From NCBI GenBank assembly GCA_951406725.2, contig OX597830.1:41912001-41976000 (forward strand): a stretch of DNA of 64,000 nucleotides, written 5' to 3'. The position numbers were made by a program, and so were the translations under genes. This document shows positions 38,666 through 52,531 of the stretch, in pieces. Every line of letters begins with the position of its first letter. The stretch's first letter is position 1. The notes under the pieces are model-generated. The model did not search any database. It saw only the letters and a list, made by a program, of their open reading frames with translations, and was not told where the DNA came from. This DNA is from Octopus vulgaris. Lineage: Eukaryota.

Positions 38666-39068
38666 GGATGCAAAGAGAGAGAGAGAGGGCTGTAGTGTTG
38701 GAGAGATTTATTATATGATGAGAAGTTTGTATGAGTGAGTCATTTGTAACAAATGTAAATGAAATTTATCCCTCAAGCTAAATTCTATACATGGTTTTAA
38801 AATTCAAGATTTCATGCAAAGAATTTCATTTGTTTAAAATGTCTGATTAATCAAACATTTAATTGCTATGCCACTAAAAATAGAGTGATGGAGATTTTCA
38901 GGATTTTCATGACTGTTTAGTTAAAAAGGGTGACAGAGAGAGAGAGAGAGAGAGAGAGTAAGGAGAGAGGGAGAGTGTATATTCAAGGAGGGAGGGAGTC
39001 AGTGTATATTCAAAATTTCATGATTGTTTGGTTAAAAAGGGAAAGAAAAGTAAAGAGAAATAGAGAGG

Positions 39069-39104
<36 letters not shown>

Positions 39105-39262
39105 GAAAGAGGGAGAGAGAGAGGGCGGGAGCATGGTGTGTAGAGAATATTATGGACATTGTGGCTAAAGGAGAAGAGTACACTGATATGTGGGTGTGTA
39201 AGAAAGTGTGTGTGTGTGGTTATGAAAGAAAAAGAGAATGCACAAGTGAAAGCAGGTATGTG

Positions 39263-39296
<34 letters not shown>

Positions 39297-42255
39297 TTCT
39301 TGAATGAGAGAAAAATAGGAGAAAGAGGGTATGTATCCACGAAGGAAGGAGAAAGTATGTGTGTGTGTGAGGAGTGTTCTTGAATGACAAAAAATGGGAG
39401 AGAAGGAGGGTGGATATATCCAAGAGGGAGGGAGGCGCAGAGAGAGAGAGAGCGAGAGAGAGAATGTATGTGTAAATGAAAGAGAGAGAGAGAGAGAAAC
39501 AAGAGTAAATAAATTTTTAGAAAAAGCACAAATATGTTTTTTAAAAATTACATAATAAAATAAAGCAATAAAATTTTTTAAAAATTAGCAGGAAAAATTG
39601 CAAGAACATTCAATAAAAGCCATTTTCATCAATTCTTAAAATAATGTGACTTTAGTCAACAGGAAATGTAAGAATGGGAAGCTATATACAGGGACGATCA
39701 CTATTTTATGGTTGTTGTTGCTGTTCGTTTATCTTTTGTTTTCATTTTATTTAAACATTCAAATCTGAACAAAGATTACAACAGCTAAATTAAATTTAAC
39801 TTGGGATTATATCCCACCACAAACCAATCGAAAACCCAACCCACACACCTTTTCGTGTTCATATGGTGAGTTGAGATCCTCGGGATCTCTCTCACAATGT
39901 CGACTTTCATATTTAATAAGAAAACAAACGTGAAAAAAAAAAAAAAAAAAAAAAAGAACAAATTTACCCGTGTATTGGTAATAGAGAAATTTTCAGACCA
40001 TATTTTCCGGCATACAAGTTGAATTTTGCAAACCAAAGTTTACAGCCCCACAAAAAAGTAGGTCGCCTTAAGACACCAAGAAGACTTTTTTGGAGGAACA
40101 AAAAATTCCATGTGAAATGCAGCAGGAATTGGAAAGAGAGCCTGTGAATGTTTATTCTACCCAAAGAAGCAGACATTTCGGACTCCTGTGATGTGGCACT
40201 CTTGTAGTGCATATGAGTTACAGGTGTGCTGCTTTTGAGATGAGTTAGAAAATAATGGGATATTTCAAGACCTTGAGTGTTTTTTTTCATGCAATACATG
40301 ATTGCATGCATGATTTGCTTGCAGCAAAGTGCAGTGCATGCACTCTTCTGTCTTAAAGCAATTACAATAACTTTTTTTCTTTTAATATAAAGTCTTAAAA
40401 GGTTGATTGCATGTGGGAACACCTTTTAGTACCTTATTTAAATGTGTCATAGACTGAAAAATGTCAGGAATTGCTGTATGGAGTAAAAAAAATGCTGCAT
40501 CTCTGCTGAAAAAGAATATAAATGTGTGGTTAAGAACTATGCTTCTCAACTACATGGATCCAAGTTTAACCCCACTGTGTGGCACCTTGGGTAGCAAGTA
40601 TTTTCTATTGGATTCAATGAAACAGGGCCAATCAAAGCCTTGTGAGTAGTATTTGGTAGACAGAAACTGAAGGGAGCCAGTTGGTTGAGATTGAGATTGA
40701 TATATATATATATATATATATAAAAAAAAAAAAACTGAAAAATTGTGGTATATTTTTAATTCCATGTTACATGTGTTCCATTCCTGGATAGGAGTCCTGT
40801 CTGGAAATGAAACCTGTGTAACACTGGAATTGAAAATATACCAGACTTTTCCATTCTTTTGTTTCGACATGTAATTACTCTGCAAATGGAATTCATAGAA
40901 ATTTCAAATGCTATGCATGCATCATTTAAAGAGGCTGCATCAGATTGGAGCCTAGTACAGCCTTTTGGCTTGCCAGACCTCAGTCAAACCGTCCAACTCA
41001 TGCCAGCATGGAAAGTGGATGTTAAATGATGATGATGATCTATATACATACATTTGATTAATGTAATCATGCAGATGTACTTTATGAGGACACAGCTTGG
41101 ATTATAACTCCTTATATACACCGTGTGTGTGTGTGTGTGTACACATGCATGTGTGTTTGTTTCGTTGCCTTAGCATTGTATGATAGTTGTAAATGAATGT
41201 CAGTTATATGCAGATTTCCATCCTTCTGTGAAAACCTGTCTGGTCATGGGAAAATACTACTTTACTTAGGAATGAGGGTTGCTAACAGGAAGGGTATCAG
41301 GCCATAGAAAATTTTCCTCATTAAACTCCATCCGATCCATGCAAGCATGAAAAAGTGGACGTTAAAACCATAACAATGATGATAGTTGGTGCACTGTTAT
41401 GGCTGAAAATTGCAACTTAGCAGAAAACAACCAAACATACACACAAATGGAGGCATAGAATATATTGATATATGTTATTGCAAGAAATGCGATGCAAGCA
41501 AATCTAAATACCCAATCTTCAATAATAACAAATAAAAAACATTTTTTTTACATGTTTACGGTTAAGTCAACTTATCAAGCCTTCATGATATTTCTGGTTT
41601 TTTTTTATGTCAATCTATAATAAATTTAGTCAAAAGGGACAGGACATTGACTGTAAATTTTGCAGTTCATATTCCCAGGCTGATGAGATTGATACAGGTT
41701 GATACTCAGAATGTAGGACAATTGTAGGGGGGGTGGATGGGAAAAAAACAACAAAACCAGCAGAGAGACAATTCATGAGGGTTACAGTCCTGGGGAGAAA
41801 AGACCGACTGCATGAAGTGTTTGGCAGCAACCAAGTCTGGGATATAAGATATACACAAATTATTGTAAATAATTTTTCTATTTTTATCTGTGGAACAAAA
41901 ATAACAAATAATTACATCACTCTCTCACACACATACACACATGTGAAGAGGATGTATAAAGGCAATTAGCACAAAAATGAGAGTGAGTATAGCACCTGCT
42001 TCATTAAATCCAGATAAGTATAAAGTAAAGACAAGAACACTGAAATTTTGAGCTAGAAATATACAAGGACTAGTCTGAGAACTCCAAAGCATTCCATAAG
42101 ATGCTGTCATACCAGCTGCTTCAATGCTATCAGAGATGAATGAACATCATCACTTCACACTCTTCCCTCCATATACACAGTCCATGTCATTGTTATTACA
42201 GGACAAGAAAATGCAAATCATTATAATTATTCTTTCATATACATACATATATACC

Positions 42256-42492
42256 AGAGTAAGCACATAAATGCAAAGCAAGGTGGGGAAAAATAGTACT
42301 CGAATACCAGAGGTAGAGTAATGTGCTTTATTATTAAAGCTGCAAAAATACCACAAAAATGCCACAAAAAACTGCTACTCAGAGTTTCATGTTCCCCATT
42401 CATCTAGATCTAGGTCTAGATCACAACTGCCCGATGAACAGGAACGTGAAGCTCTGAGTAGCAGTTTTTTGTGATATTTTCATGATGTTTTT
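42256..42492. mobile_element. Fold-back element with hammerhead-like motif (family B)
   Basis: 42371-42404 is an inverted copy of about 42431-42465; actgc-CCGATGA-acaggaacgt-GAAG-ctctgaGTA-gcagt; related copy at 59528-59752. Confidence 0.65.
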
Positions 42493-43193
42493 ACACACAC
42501 ACATATTGATTTCAAATTTTGGCACAAGGCCAGCAAGTTCAGGGGAGTGGGGGGAGGAGGCTAATCGATTACATCAACCCCACTACTGAACTAGTAATTA
42601 TTTTATTGACCCCTATAGGATGAAAGGCAAAGTTGACCACTGCAGAATTTGAACTCAAAACGTGAAGATGGACAAAATGCTGTTATGCATTTCGCCTACC
42701 TTGCTAATGATTCTGGCAGCAAGCTGCCTATATAGAGATGTTGGTTTTTTTTTTTAAATAATAAAGCCAATTTAATATTGAACTGAAGAATTACTCAACA
42801 CTTTTTTTTATAGAGTACCTCACCTGTTTCCAAGCAAGATAATATTTTACCAAAGCCAGACATGTTTGTCATGGAAGACTGGAAATGAACAACATTGCTT
42901 GTTTGAGGATAGTGACACTCATTTACAAACATAACATGATGTCCAGACAAACATGACAAGCTTTTCAGTTTCTGTCTACCAAATTCAATTACAAGGTGTT
43001 GGTCAGCCTAAGGCCACAGTAGAAGACACGTGCCTAAAGTGCAGGGTAGTGCAACTGAACCCAAGTCTACAGGGTCGGGAAGTAAGCTTCTTAACCACAT
43101 GGCTATGCCAATGCCTATATATGTATGTATGTATGTATGTATGTGTGTATACATATATATATACATACACACATATATATATATATGTAGGCA

Positions 43194-43245
<52 letters not shown>

Positions 43246-43308
43246 TATATACATACATGTGTGTGTGTGTGTATATATATATATATACATACATATGTAT
43301 ATGTATGC

Positions 43309-43347
<39 letters not shown>

Positions 43348-45044
43348 CTCTTCAGATGATGTATGTATGTATACATATGTGTGTGTGTGTCAATGATATG
43401 ATTATAACATATCTTCTCCAATTGTGTGCCCAAGTTGCAAGTTTTATGAATGAAATTAAAATAACGAGAGGTGGACAGAAGAATGTGTGAACCAAGGAGG
43501 TAGCTGCTGCTGCACCGGCAGCATCGGTGGCAATGAAGCAGCTCTGAAATGCTCTGGGAAGAAGAGAAACAAGGAAGCTGCTAAAGAGAAAATTAGATCA
43601 CATTTGAAAGAGTATAAAATCATGGCCTGAGAAAAGGATCATACTGTTAACAGTGCAAAAATAAATACCGCACTATGCCACAGAGTGGCGAGAAATGAGA
43701 AGTGAGAAGAGAGTGTGGTTTGGTGTGGTGACTGGGGGGAGTAGGTGATGGTGGTGGAGGAGGAGGAGGAGGAGAGGATGTGTAATACAGAAACTCAGAA
43801 CCTTATTGATTTCAATGCAAATAAAGACATACAGCCATAAAGTCTCGAGTTTAATTTGGATGAATCTAGAAGAATGAATGAGTCATGACAGTTTATTTGT
43901 TCTTCTGAGAAGAATTCGAATTGATTGGAGAGAAAATTTCATAAAAATTGCTTCCTTATTAGCGTGCTGGGACAATAATATATTTGTCAGGACTTTAAAA
44001 CTAAGGTTAAAAACTTTATTTTCTCTCATCAACCAATCCTGTTAAATAAAAAACACTAAACAAAACAACAACACAAACCCAACACTATAATTAAAATCAT
44101 AACTAATAGTAATAATTCCATTTGTCAATAGATTTAAAAATTGATTTGGACTTCATCTTTTGTTCCAGTCATTAGACCGTGGCCATGCTGGAGCACTGCC
44201 TTGAATAATTTTTAGTCAAATGAACCAACCCCAGTACTTATTTTTTGTCATAAAAAGCCTGGTATTTATTATCTCAGTTTCTTTTGCTGAACCGCTAAGT
44301 CATAGGGATGTAAACACCACCAGCACTGGTTGTCAAGCATCGGTGGGGAACATACACATACACACACATGATGGGCTTTGAATATTTGCTACTACCACCG
44401 AGTAGATTTGGTAGAGTTGTCTACCAAATCCACTCATGAGGCTTTGGTCAGCCTGAGGCTATAGTAGGTACCATGCAGTAAGATTGAGACTGAACCTGGA
44501 ACCATGTGGTTGGGAAGCAAACTTCTTACCACACAACCATGCCTGCAATATATTTGAAACTTATTTACTTATTTATTTGCGAGGTTTCTCGTACTCTGTA
44601 TTATATATGTTCCAGTAATGGCCATCCTGTCTTTTACCATGGCATAATAGTAGATCACTCAGTGATCAAATTATCCAGCATGTCCTTCTTTTCTAAGGTA
44701 GTAAGGTATAGTTTAGTTGCTATTTCTAGTAAGTCACGAACCACATAGCTGTTCCCCAACTTGTCCAATGCATCCATCAAAATTGTGTGATCCCAGAGAG
44801 ATTTAGTTGTTATTTCTAGTAAAGCAAACGACCCTGTGGAAGATCTTTTCATGGCTATACAGTCTATATATTTGTTGTGTAACTTCCAGGTCAACTTATA
44901 GTCAAAGGTATTCAGTTATGACCACCCTGTAAGATTACATGTCCTGTTTGTGAAAAAAAAAAGGTAGGCTGAAATTTGGCTGCTATTGCTTGCAAATCAA
45001 GTGACCATATTGAGGTCCCTATCTATGTATGTACCTAACATTAT

Positions 45045-45251
45045 TTAACCCTTTAACATTCAAATTACTCTTTCAAATGTAACCCTATTTATTTGCATTA
45101 TTTTTAATTAATCATAGCTTTGCGATTTCAATGTGATACTTTTAGAATGACATTGTAGGGTAAGTGCGAGAGACCAAATCCAGACAGTTTTAACATAAAG
45201 TAGGTAGAATATTTGAGCCAGATATTGCTGGTTTGAATGATAAAGGGTTAA
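45045..45251. mobile_element. TTAA-flanked piggyBac-like MITE, family 2 (other copies at about 1727-1952, 3199-3425, 14765-14981, 27712-27937, 29500-29680, 55440-55650)
   Basis: TTAA-CCCTTTA...TAAAGGG-TTAA termini and a shared internal sequence across copies. Confidence 0.85.
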
Positions 45252-46619
45252 AAAGACAGGGATATGAAACACGTAACACATCTTTCTGCTGTATCTTGTA
45301 CTCGTTTACTTGTTTCAGTAATTTGACTGCGGCCATGCTGGAGCACCACCTTTAGTCGACCAAATAGACCCCAGGACTTATTCTTTGGAAGCCTAGTACT
45401 TATTCTATCGGTCTCTTTTGCCAAACTGCTAAGTTATGGGGATGTAAACACACCAGCATCGGTTGTCAAGCAATGTTGGGAGGACAAATACAGACACACA
45501 AACACACACACATACATATACATGATGGGCTTCTTTCAGTTTCCGTTTACCAAATCCACTATAAGGCTTTGGTCAGCCTGAGGCTATAATAGAAGACACT
45601 TGCCCAAGGTGCCAAGCAGTGGAACTGAACCTGGAACCATGTAGTTGGTAAGCAAGTTACTTACCACACAGCCACTCCTAAAAAAAAAATGATAATAATA
45701 CAACCCCCACCCACCACTTTTGCTTTGTTTACTTTTCAGATTAAGGCACAAAGGGACAAGGAAATATTTCGGGCAAAGCTATTTACAGTGTATAAATGAT
45801 GTAAGCTTATGCTTTTATCAGGGACTGAAACCATAGCATAGCCTTATGTATCTGACAGTTTCCTTTTCTTTTTACAATATTGAACCTCTGAATGTGAAAC
45901 CAACTGGTTGCACAGCAAGCTTCTTAACCACATAGCCATTTCAGAACCGGGCCATAATTTACAATAGAATGGTTACAAACAAATAGATTGTACCCAGTAC
46001 ATAACTGGTACATATTTCAATGAACAGTGAATGGATGAAAGACAAAAAGTCAACAATAGCAGGATTTGAACTCAAGGCTGTAGATAGAAAGAAGTAAATG
46101 TATCTAGTCTTGTACCAAATCAGCAAAAATAACAAAAACAAAAACCCAAACACCCAATATTCTTTTAACACTATGATGAAGAAATAAAAATATGTAAATT
46201 AAAATCAATGTTAGTCAAAAGTGATTAACTGCTGGAGATACTGTGACATTAACACCTGAACGAAAGCTACAATTATTCATAATAAAGAAGGCTTAAACCA
46301 GGTGAGACTACAAGTTTTCATAAAGCAGTCAAATGCCTACCTTTGTTCAGCTCTTAAATAAACTAACCAACCTTACCTGCCTACACCACGTAATAAATTT
46401 GCATGTGTGTGCATGCACGCACACACACACACACACACACGCATACATGCACAAAAGCACATTAGATTCTGTAAGAAAGGAAAGTTCACATCATCGTGAC
46501 CCTTTTGTGAACCAATCCTTTCAACACCACCCAGTGAACGTCATAAGCTCTTAAATAGACCAACATAAATATTGATATGATAAACAAAGCAGTATTTATG
46601 CATATACTCACATAAAATG

Positions 46620-46644
46620 CATGCACACACATATACACATACAC

Positions 46645-46686
<42 letters not shown>

Positions 46687-46725
46687 CACATGTGCACACA
46701 TATACATATATATATGCTTAAATAT

Positions 46726-46777
<52 letters not shown>

Positions 46778-46882
46778 GCTTAAATATATACATACATACA
46801 CACACACACACATATATCTATATATATATATATATATATATACATACATATATGCCCATATATATATATCTATCTATCTATC

Positions 46883-46967
<85 letters not shown>

Positions 46968-47125
46968 ACATACATATAAATAAATACATACATACATATA
47001 TATATCACACATGTTTGCATTCAAATGGCCTCATTCTACTTATATTTAAGACAAAAATTAAAAGACTTACTTAAAAAGGTTTTTGGGAAAAAATAAAGAA
47101 TAATTTTAAATTTCATGAATGAAAG

Positions 47126-47182
<57 letters not shown>

Positions 47183-47190
47183 CACATACA
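46620..47190. repeat. Compound (TA)n/(CA)n microsatellite block
   Basis: Directly visible; source of the spurious YI/TH ORFs. Confidence 0.95.
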
Positions 47191-48019
47191 CATGCCATGC
47201 ACACATGGATATCAAGAGAAAATTTTCCTTTGAAGAGGAGCAGATTGAATAACAGATTTTCTGATAATGATGGTTAATTAATACAGTTGCTATGTGGAAA
47301 ATGTCCTGTTCTAAACAAGGTGTGGGGTGGGGTGGGGAGAAAAAAAAAGTCCATCTAATTAGAGAATGGTAAAAATTACAAGCAAAACTGGATAGTAGAA
47401 TTAAGTGTATGATTAAAATACTGACAATCCTTTTATGATTTTTTTTTTAAGGCTTGCCATGGCATAGAGGGATAGAGATACAAATGTAAATGTAAGAACA
47501 GGCAATGAAGAACGGTATTTTAAGAACAGATCATCATCATCATCATCATCAACAGCAACAACGAATTGATAATGCATATGCTGTAAGAGTTCTTTTATAT
47601 CTTTTTCTTGTTTCACTCATTAGGCTGCGACCATGCTGGGGCAGTCTTAAAGAATTTTCAGTTGAATGACTCGACCCCCTCAGTAAATTTAAAAACATCT
47701 TTTTTAAAGCCTGGTACTTATTCTGTTGTCCTCTTTTGTCAAACTTCTAAGTTGTGAGGGACATAAACACACTAACAGTGGGTGACAAGCAGAAATACAA
47801 AGACACACATACACACACATGATGGAGTTCTTTCAGTTTCCATCTGCCAAATCCACTCACAAGCTTTGGGGTTGGTTGGCCTGGGGCTATAGTAGAAGAC
47901 ACTTTCACCCCACAAGATACCATACAGTAGGACTGAACTTGGGGCCATGTGGTTGGGAAGCAATCTTCTTACCATACATTCAACCTCTTTTGGAGACAGC
48001 ACCTTTTGGCACTGGAAAC

Positions 48020-48320
48020 ATAAACGTCGCCCTTTTCAAGCCTAGCCAGGCTCATGGGCCCAGTTTCCGCGGCGTATGTGCTCCCCCCAGTTGGACGGGA
48101 TGCCAGTCCATCACAGCATTACTCAAGAAACAGGAAGAGAGAGTGAGAGAAAGTTGTGGTGAAAGAGTACAACAGGGGTCGCCCCCCCCCCTGCTGGAAA
48201 CTCGTGGAGCTTTTAGGTGTTTTCGCTCAATAAACACACACAACGCCCGGTCTGGGAATTGAAACCGCAATCCTCCAACCGCAAGTCCGCTGCCCTAACA
48301 ACTGGGCCATTGCACCTCCA
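48020..48320 (-). mobile_element. tRNA-derived SINE with the same head as 16782 but a different 3' part
   Basis: Reverse complement matches 16782-16950 and then diverges. Confidence 0.8.
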
Positions 48321-50015
48321 CTGGAAACATACAAACACAAAAAATATGTACATACAGACAGAAAGAGTGTGTGTAAGAGGGAGGGAGAGAGAGAGAGAGA
48401 GAGAGAGATATTACAATTTATTAACACCTTCCATCTTCTTAGACACAAACAGAAAGAGAGGGAGAGAGGATAGAAATAGATTGATAAATAGATGGAGAGA
48501 GAGAGAGGTTAAAATTTCTGATATCAGACAGCATCAAATTAGTAATGCGAAACAGCTGTTACCAAGACAATTGATCCCAAAGCATCTCATATTTCTCACT
48601 GGGCCCTGTACTAATCATTATGCTTTGTCCTGGGCTACTTGGAATTCCTTTTTGGTCTATGTTATTCGTGCAGACATATATTGGAAGAGTAAAAAAATCT
48701 CCAAAATACACACACAAACAAACACCAACATTTACAGCATTGATCCTGCACTGAGGTCAATGGTCCCAAAGGATCTTGTGAAGGGCATGGGTAGAGGATT
48801 TTCCTCAAGATCAATGAAAGAATGAAAAAAAAAAAAACCAAAAAGAAAAGGAAAGAAAGAACATAATATTAAAAGAAAGCAGGTGTGGCTGTGTGGTAAG
48901 AACTCTGCTTCCCAATTAGTGCGTTCTGGGTTCAGTCCCGCTGCGCAGTACCTGGGATAAGTATCTTCTACTATAACCCTGAGACAACCAAAGCCCTGTA
49001 AGTGGATTTGGTAGATGGAAACTGAAAAAAGCCTGTCATATATATACACACACGTTTGTGTGTATGTTTGTGCATGTTTGTATTTGTGTTGTGTTTATCC
49101 TTCACTATTGCTTGACAACCAGTTGGTTTGTTTACATCCTTTTAACTTCGTAGTTCAGCAAGAGTCACTGATAGAATAAAAACCAGGCTTAATTCAGAAA
49201 CTCAACTTTGTTAAACAGTGTCACACAGATTCTGCTTAATATATGCCTGTTGTCTGTGGAGTACTCAGCCACTTACTCCAAGTTCAATGAGTAGATAGTT
49301 CTTCTGTGAAAAGAACAGCTGGAACAATATGAAGATATGATGTGATGGAAGTCCACTGTGCATACACACACACACACACACGCAAGTATACACATACGTT
49401 GAATCTACAAAGATTTGCATGATGACAAATCAACGCGTATTGGCATGATGCCAAATCTATGAAGTTGTCTGTGAATATTGGCATAAGGTAATATTATTTA
49501 TGAAAATGGTATCAAGTTCTATCTCTCCAATACAGGCTCAGATTGCCAAGGATTGATTTATTGACACAAGGTGACACATCTTTTTCTAAAGGAAAAGAGA
49601 AGTAGTTGCAGTCAGTGAAACTAAGTGTAAGTGTGTGTACACACACACATGTATAGGTGTACATATACATATATATATATGTACACATATACAACCCTGG
49701 TATTTTATTGGCCGCAAAGAAATGAAAACTAAAGCTGACCCTAGCAGGATGTTGACTTGTAATGTCAGGAGATATAATTAAATACAGCATTCTTTACACT
49801 TTCACCACTCACTCCCCAAGAATCTATGAAACAGCGATGGCACAAAGTTCCACGAAGCAGTGGCATGACATCAAATCTATGGAGAACAGTAGCGTAAAGT
49901 TGAATGAGTGAACAGTGCAACAGCAGTAGTTCACTTCTGTGAACAACAGGAGAAAGTCATTTGTGTGAACAATGGGACAATGTTAGTTCACTGAACAGAT
50001 TGCACAATGTCATTT

Positions 50016-51853
50016 GTATAAGCAGTGTAAGTTCTCACAAACTGTGACAATGTTAAGCTTCTGTCTCTACATTGTTGTCAGATCTATAAATCTCAGTTAA
50101 TTAAATGCTAAATTATGACAGTGTATTTGCCAGGTAAATGGTTTGATCTGAGATTGTAAGTTGAAACTAAAATGATTGCAGTATGAAAAACACGTGTTAG
50201 CCATTCAAAAACTCACAAAGACTTCTTGACCAGGTCACAGTTTGTATGACGAAATTTTGACACCAAATAACAAATAATTCTTTCTACTATAGGCAAAAGG
50301 CCTGAAATTTAAAGAGATGGGGCTAGTTGAGTACATCAACCTTAGTACTCAGCTGGTACTTATTTTATCCACCCAAAGATGAAAGGTGAGTTTGACTTCA
50401 GTGGCATTTGAACTCAGAATGTGTGCTAACAATTCTGCCAGCTCACTGTTTTCTCCAATAACAAATAATAAATGTTTAAGTGAAGTTAATAGTCTTGTGC
50501 GTGTTTCTGAATGACTAATGTGTCTTTCACACTGCAATTGTTCAAATGCTAAATATATGAACAAAACATAAATTTAAAAGTTTATTGTGTGAATAGGGCC
50601 CTTAGGTGCTTTAGTACTTCTGTCTAAGAGAACCCTCTGCTTACTTGCTCAACCTGTAAGACTTAACAATCAAATACCCCTTAAATAGCATCTTGCTGAC
50701 TGTTCTAGTGTGTAAGGCCATCATCAACCTACTCAGAACCATATCCCTGTCCATCAAGTCAGATGCTTTACAGAGGTTGGCACAGGCTACAAGTAGCCCC
50801 TGCCACTTACATTCAAGGACTACATGAAGAGCCAGGATTCTGTCAGTAGTTGACCACGTAGGCATGAACCCTGACTGCTCCGGCTATCAAGACACAAGTA
50901 GATGATTTCACACTCTGTTCAGGAGTTGACGGCTTGTGTTGGTCAAACACAGACCACATGGTCACATTGGATGAGGAGGTGTCTCATGGAGATGGGAACT
51001 GACCAGAACTCTGCTTGACAGGTCACCCAGGAGGACCCAGGAATATACTAACAAAATGGTGAAGGCATCCATGCATTGCAATGCTGCATGCTCCCATACC
51101 TGATGGTACCTTTCATCCTTCTGTGGGGGTGATAAAATAAGTACCAACTGAATACTAGGCTTGATGTAATCAACTAGCCCTCTCCCTCTAAATTTCAGGC
51201 CTTTTGTCTATAGGTGCAGGAGTGGCTGTGTGGTAAGTAGCTTGCTTACCAACAACAAGGTTCCGGGTTCAGTCCCACTGCGTGGCACCATGGGCAAGTA
51301 TCTTCTACTATAGCCTCAGGCAGACCAAAGCCTTGTGAGTGGATTTGGTAGACGGGAACTGAAAGAAGCCCGTCGTATATATGCATATGTATGTGTGTGT
51401 GTTTGTCCTCCCAACATTGCTTGACAACCAATACTGGTGTGTTTATGTCCTCGTAATTTAGTGGTTCAGCAAAAGAAACTGATAGAATAAGTACTAGGCT
51501 TCCAAGGAATAAGTCCTGGAGTCGATTTGGTCGACTAAAGGCGGTGCTCCAGCATGGCCGCAGTCAAATGACTGAAACAAGTAAAAGAGTAGAAAAACTT
51601 ATTATTTGGTGTCAAAATTTCATCATAGGAACTGTGACCCAGTCAACAAGTCCTTATCTGTTTTTGAAAGGCTAATGCATGTTCTTCACAATGCAATAAT
51701 TTTAGTTTCATTTTACAAATCTCAGATCAAATCACTTACCTGGCAAATACGCCTTCATAATTTAGCATTTAATTAACTGAGATTTATAGATCTGACAACA
51801 ATGTAGAGACAGAAGCTTAGCATTGTCACTGTAAGAACTCACACTGCTTATAC
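50016..51853. repeat. About 255-bp inverted repeat pair (50016-50272 / 51599-51853) around a loop of about 1.3 kb
   Basis: Arms are reverse complements; 50054-50118 and 51755-51819 match exactly by eye (65 bp). Confidence 0.9.
51212..51592 (+). mobile_element. Full-length copy of the dominant tRNA-derived SINE
   Basis: Near-identical to 24298-24665. Confidence 0.9.
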
Positions 51854-52079
51854 TAATGATATTGTGCACCACTGTTGATAATGCAATGTCTTGGATAACC
51901 TTAAAAAACAAAGATAGGATGGTATTCCTTTGACTATGGGGCTGTAAGATCAAGGTCGACCTGACAAAAGAATTAAACAACAGCAACAACGACAATAAAC
52001 AACTGAAAAATCAACATACACATACATATATATATATATATATATCAATCTAAAGAGATGAATGTATTAAGGCACTTAC

Positions 52080-52531
52080 TTGCAATAAGCCATGTTTGTG
52101 CCCCCCCGTATTTGTATGGGACTGTACAACAGCAGTAGACTTAGTAGATGTGGTGGTGGTAGTTGACGTTGAAGCCCGGTGAGACTGAGAAGAGGAAACC
52201 AATGAAGATGGAGATATAGACGACGATGATGAAGAGCCAAGTGGAATGTGTAATCCTAATGGCCCACCTGGCTCTCGATGCAGTGAAGTCACTATTGCAG
52301 CTGACTCTCGGTGTGCAGGATGCTGCCGTTGTTTTGAACGCTGTTTAGATTTAGAGTGTGCATTTGTGGAACTCGTGACTGGCATGTGACTACTGCGACT
52401 GCTTGAACTTAAACAAGTTCGTACACTACTTGTGGTGGTGGTAGCCACGGTCGTGCTGGATTTGGTCACTGTGTTCTTTCCTGCAGACAGGCCAAACACT
52501 GGACTGCTACCAAATGTGTGAAGGAGAGGTG
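52080..52531 (-). CDS. BAZ2B: BAZ2B-like exon, Ser/Thr-rich N-terminal region (APLLHTFGSSPVFGLSAGK...HKHGLLQ)
   Basis: ttttacag acceptor and CAA|gtaagt donor; 452 nt open; ends phase 0, matching the 34902 exon. Confidence 0.8.

Larger units (their letters stand above)
8880..52531 (-). other. BAZ2B: BAZ2/Toutatis-family (BAZ2B-like) gene, internal portion; continues beyond the traced exons at both ends
   Basis: Chain of GT-AG exons with compatible phases encoding an MBD/TAM domain (KKRRVIDEKELRIPLEHSWQRQTKIR...VMYHAPCGKKLRTYSDVMRYL...NFSFS) and a coiled-coil (RMEREIRAQQVLE) that match BAZ2B architecture as I recall it. Confidence 0.9.

Noticed and set aside
42953-43433. Long ORFs rich in YI/TH/CV (also 13120-13484, 46486-46983, 39032-39529, 5949-6396)
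   Set aside because: Translations of microsatellites
48217-48825. 202-aa plus-strand ORF
   Set aside because: Starts in an antisense SINE head and crosses a (GA)n tract; no recognisable domain
50690-50900. Possible RTE/BovB fragment inside the hairpin loop
   Set aside because: Only faint QMLY and FKDYMK similarity; too decayed to call
51731-51746. ACTTACCTGGCA identical to the 5' end of U1 snRNA
   Set aside because: No further U1 similarity; it is the complement of a consensus donor site
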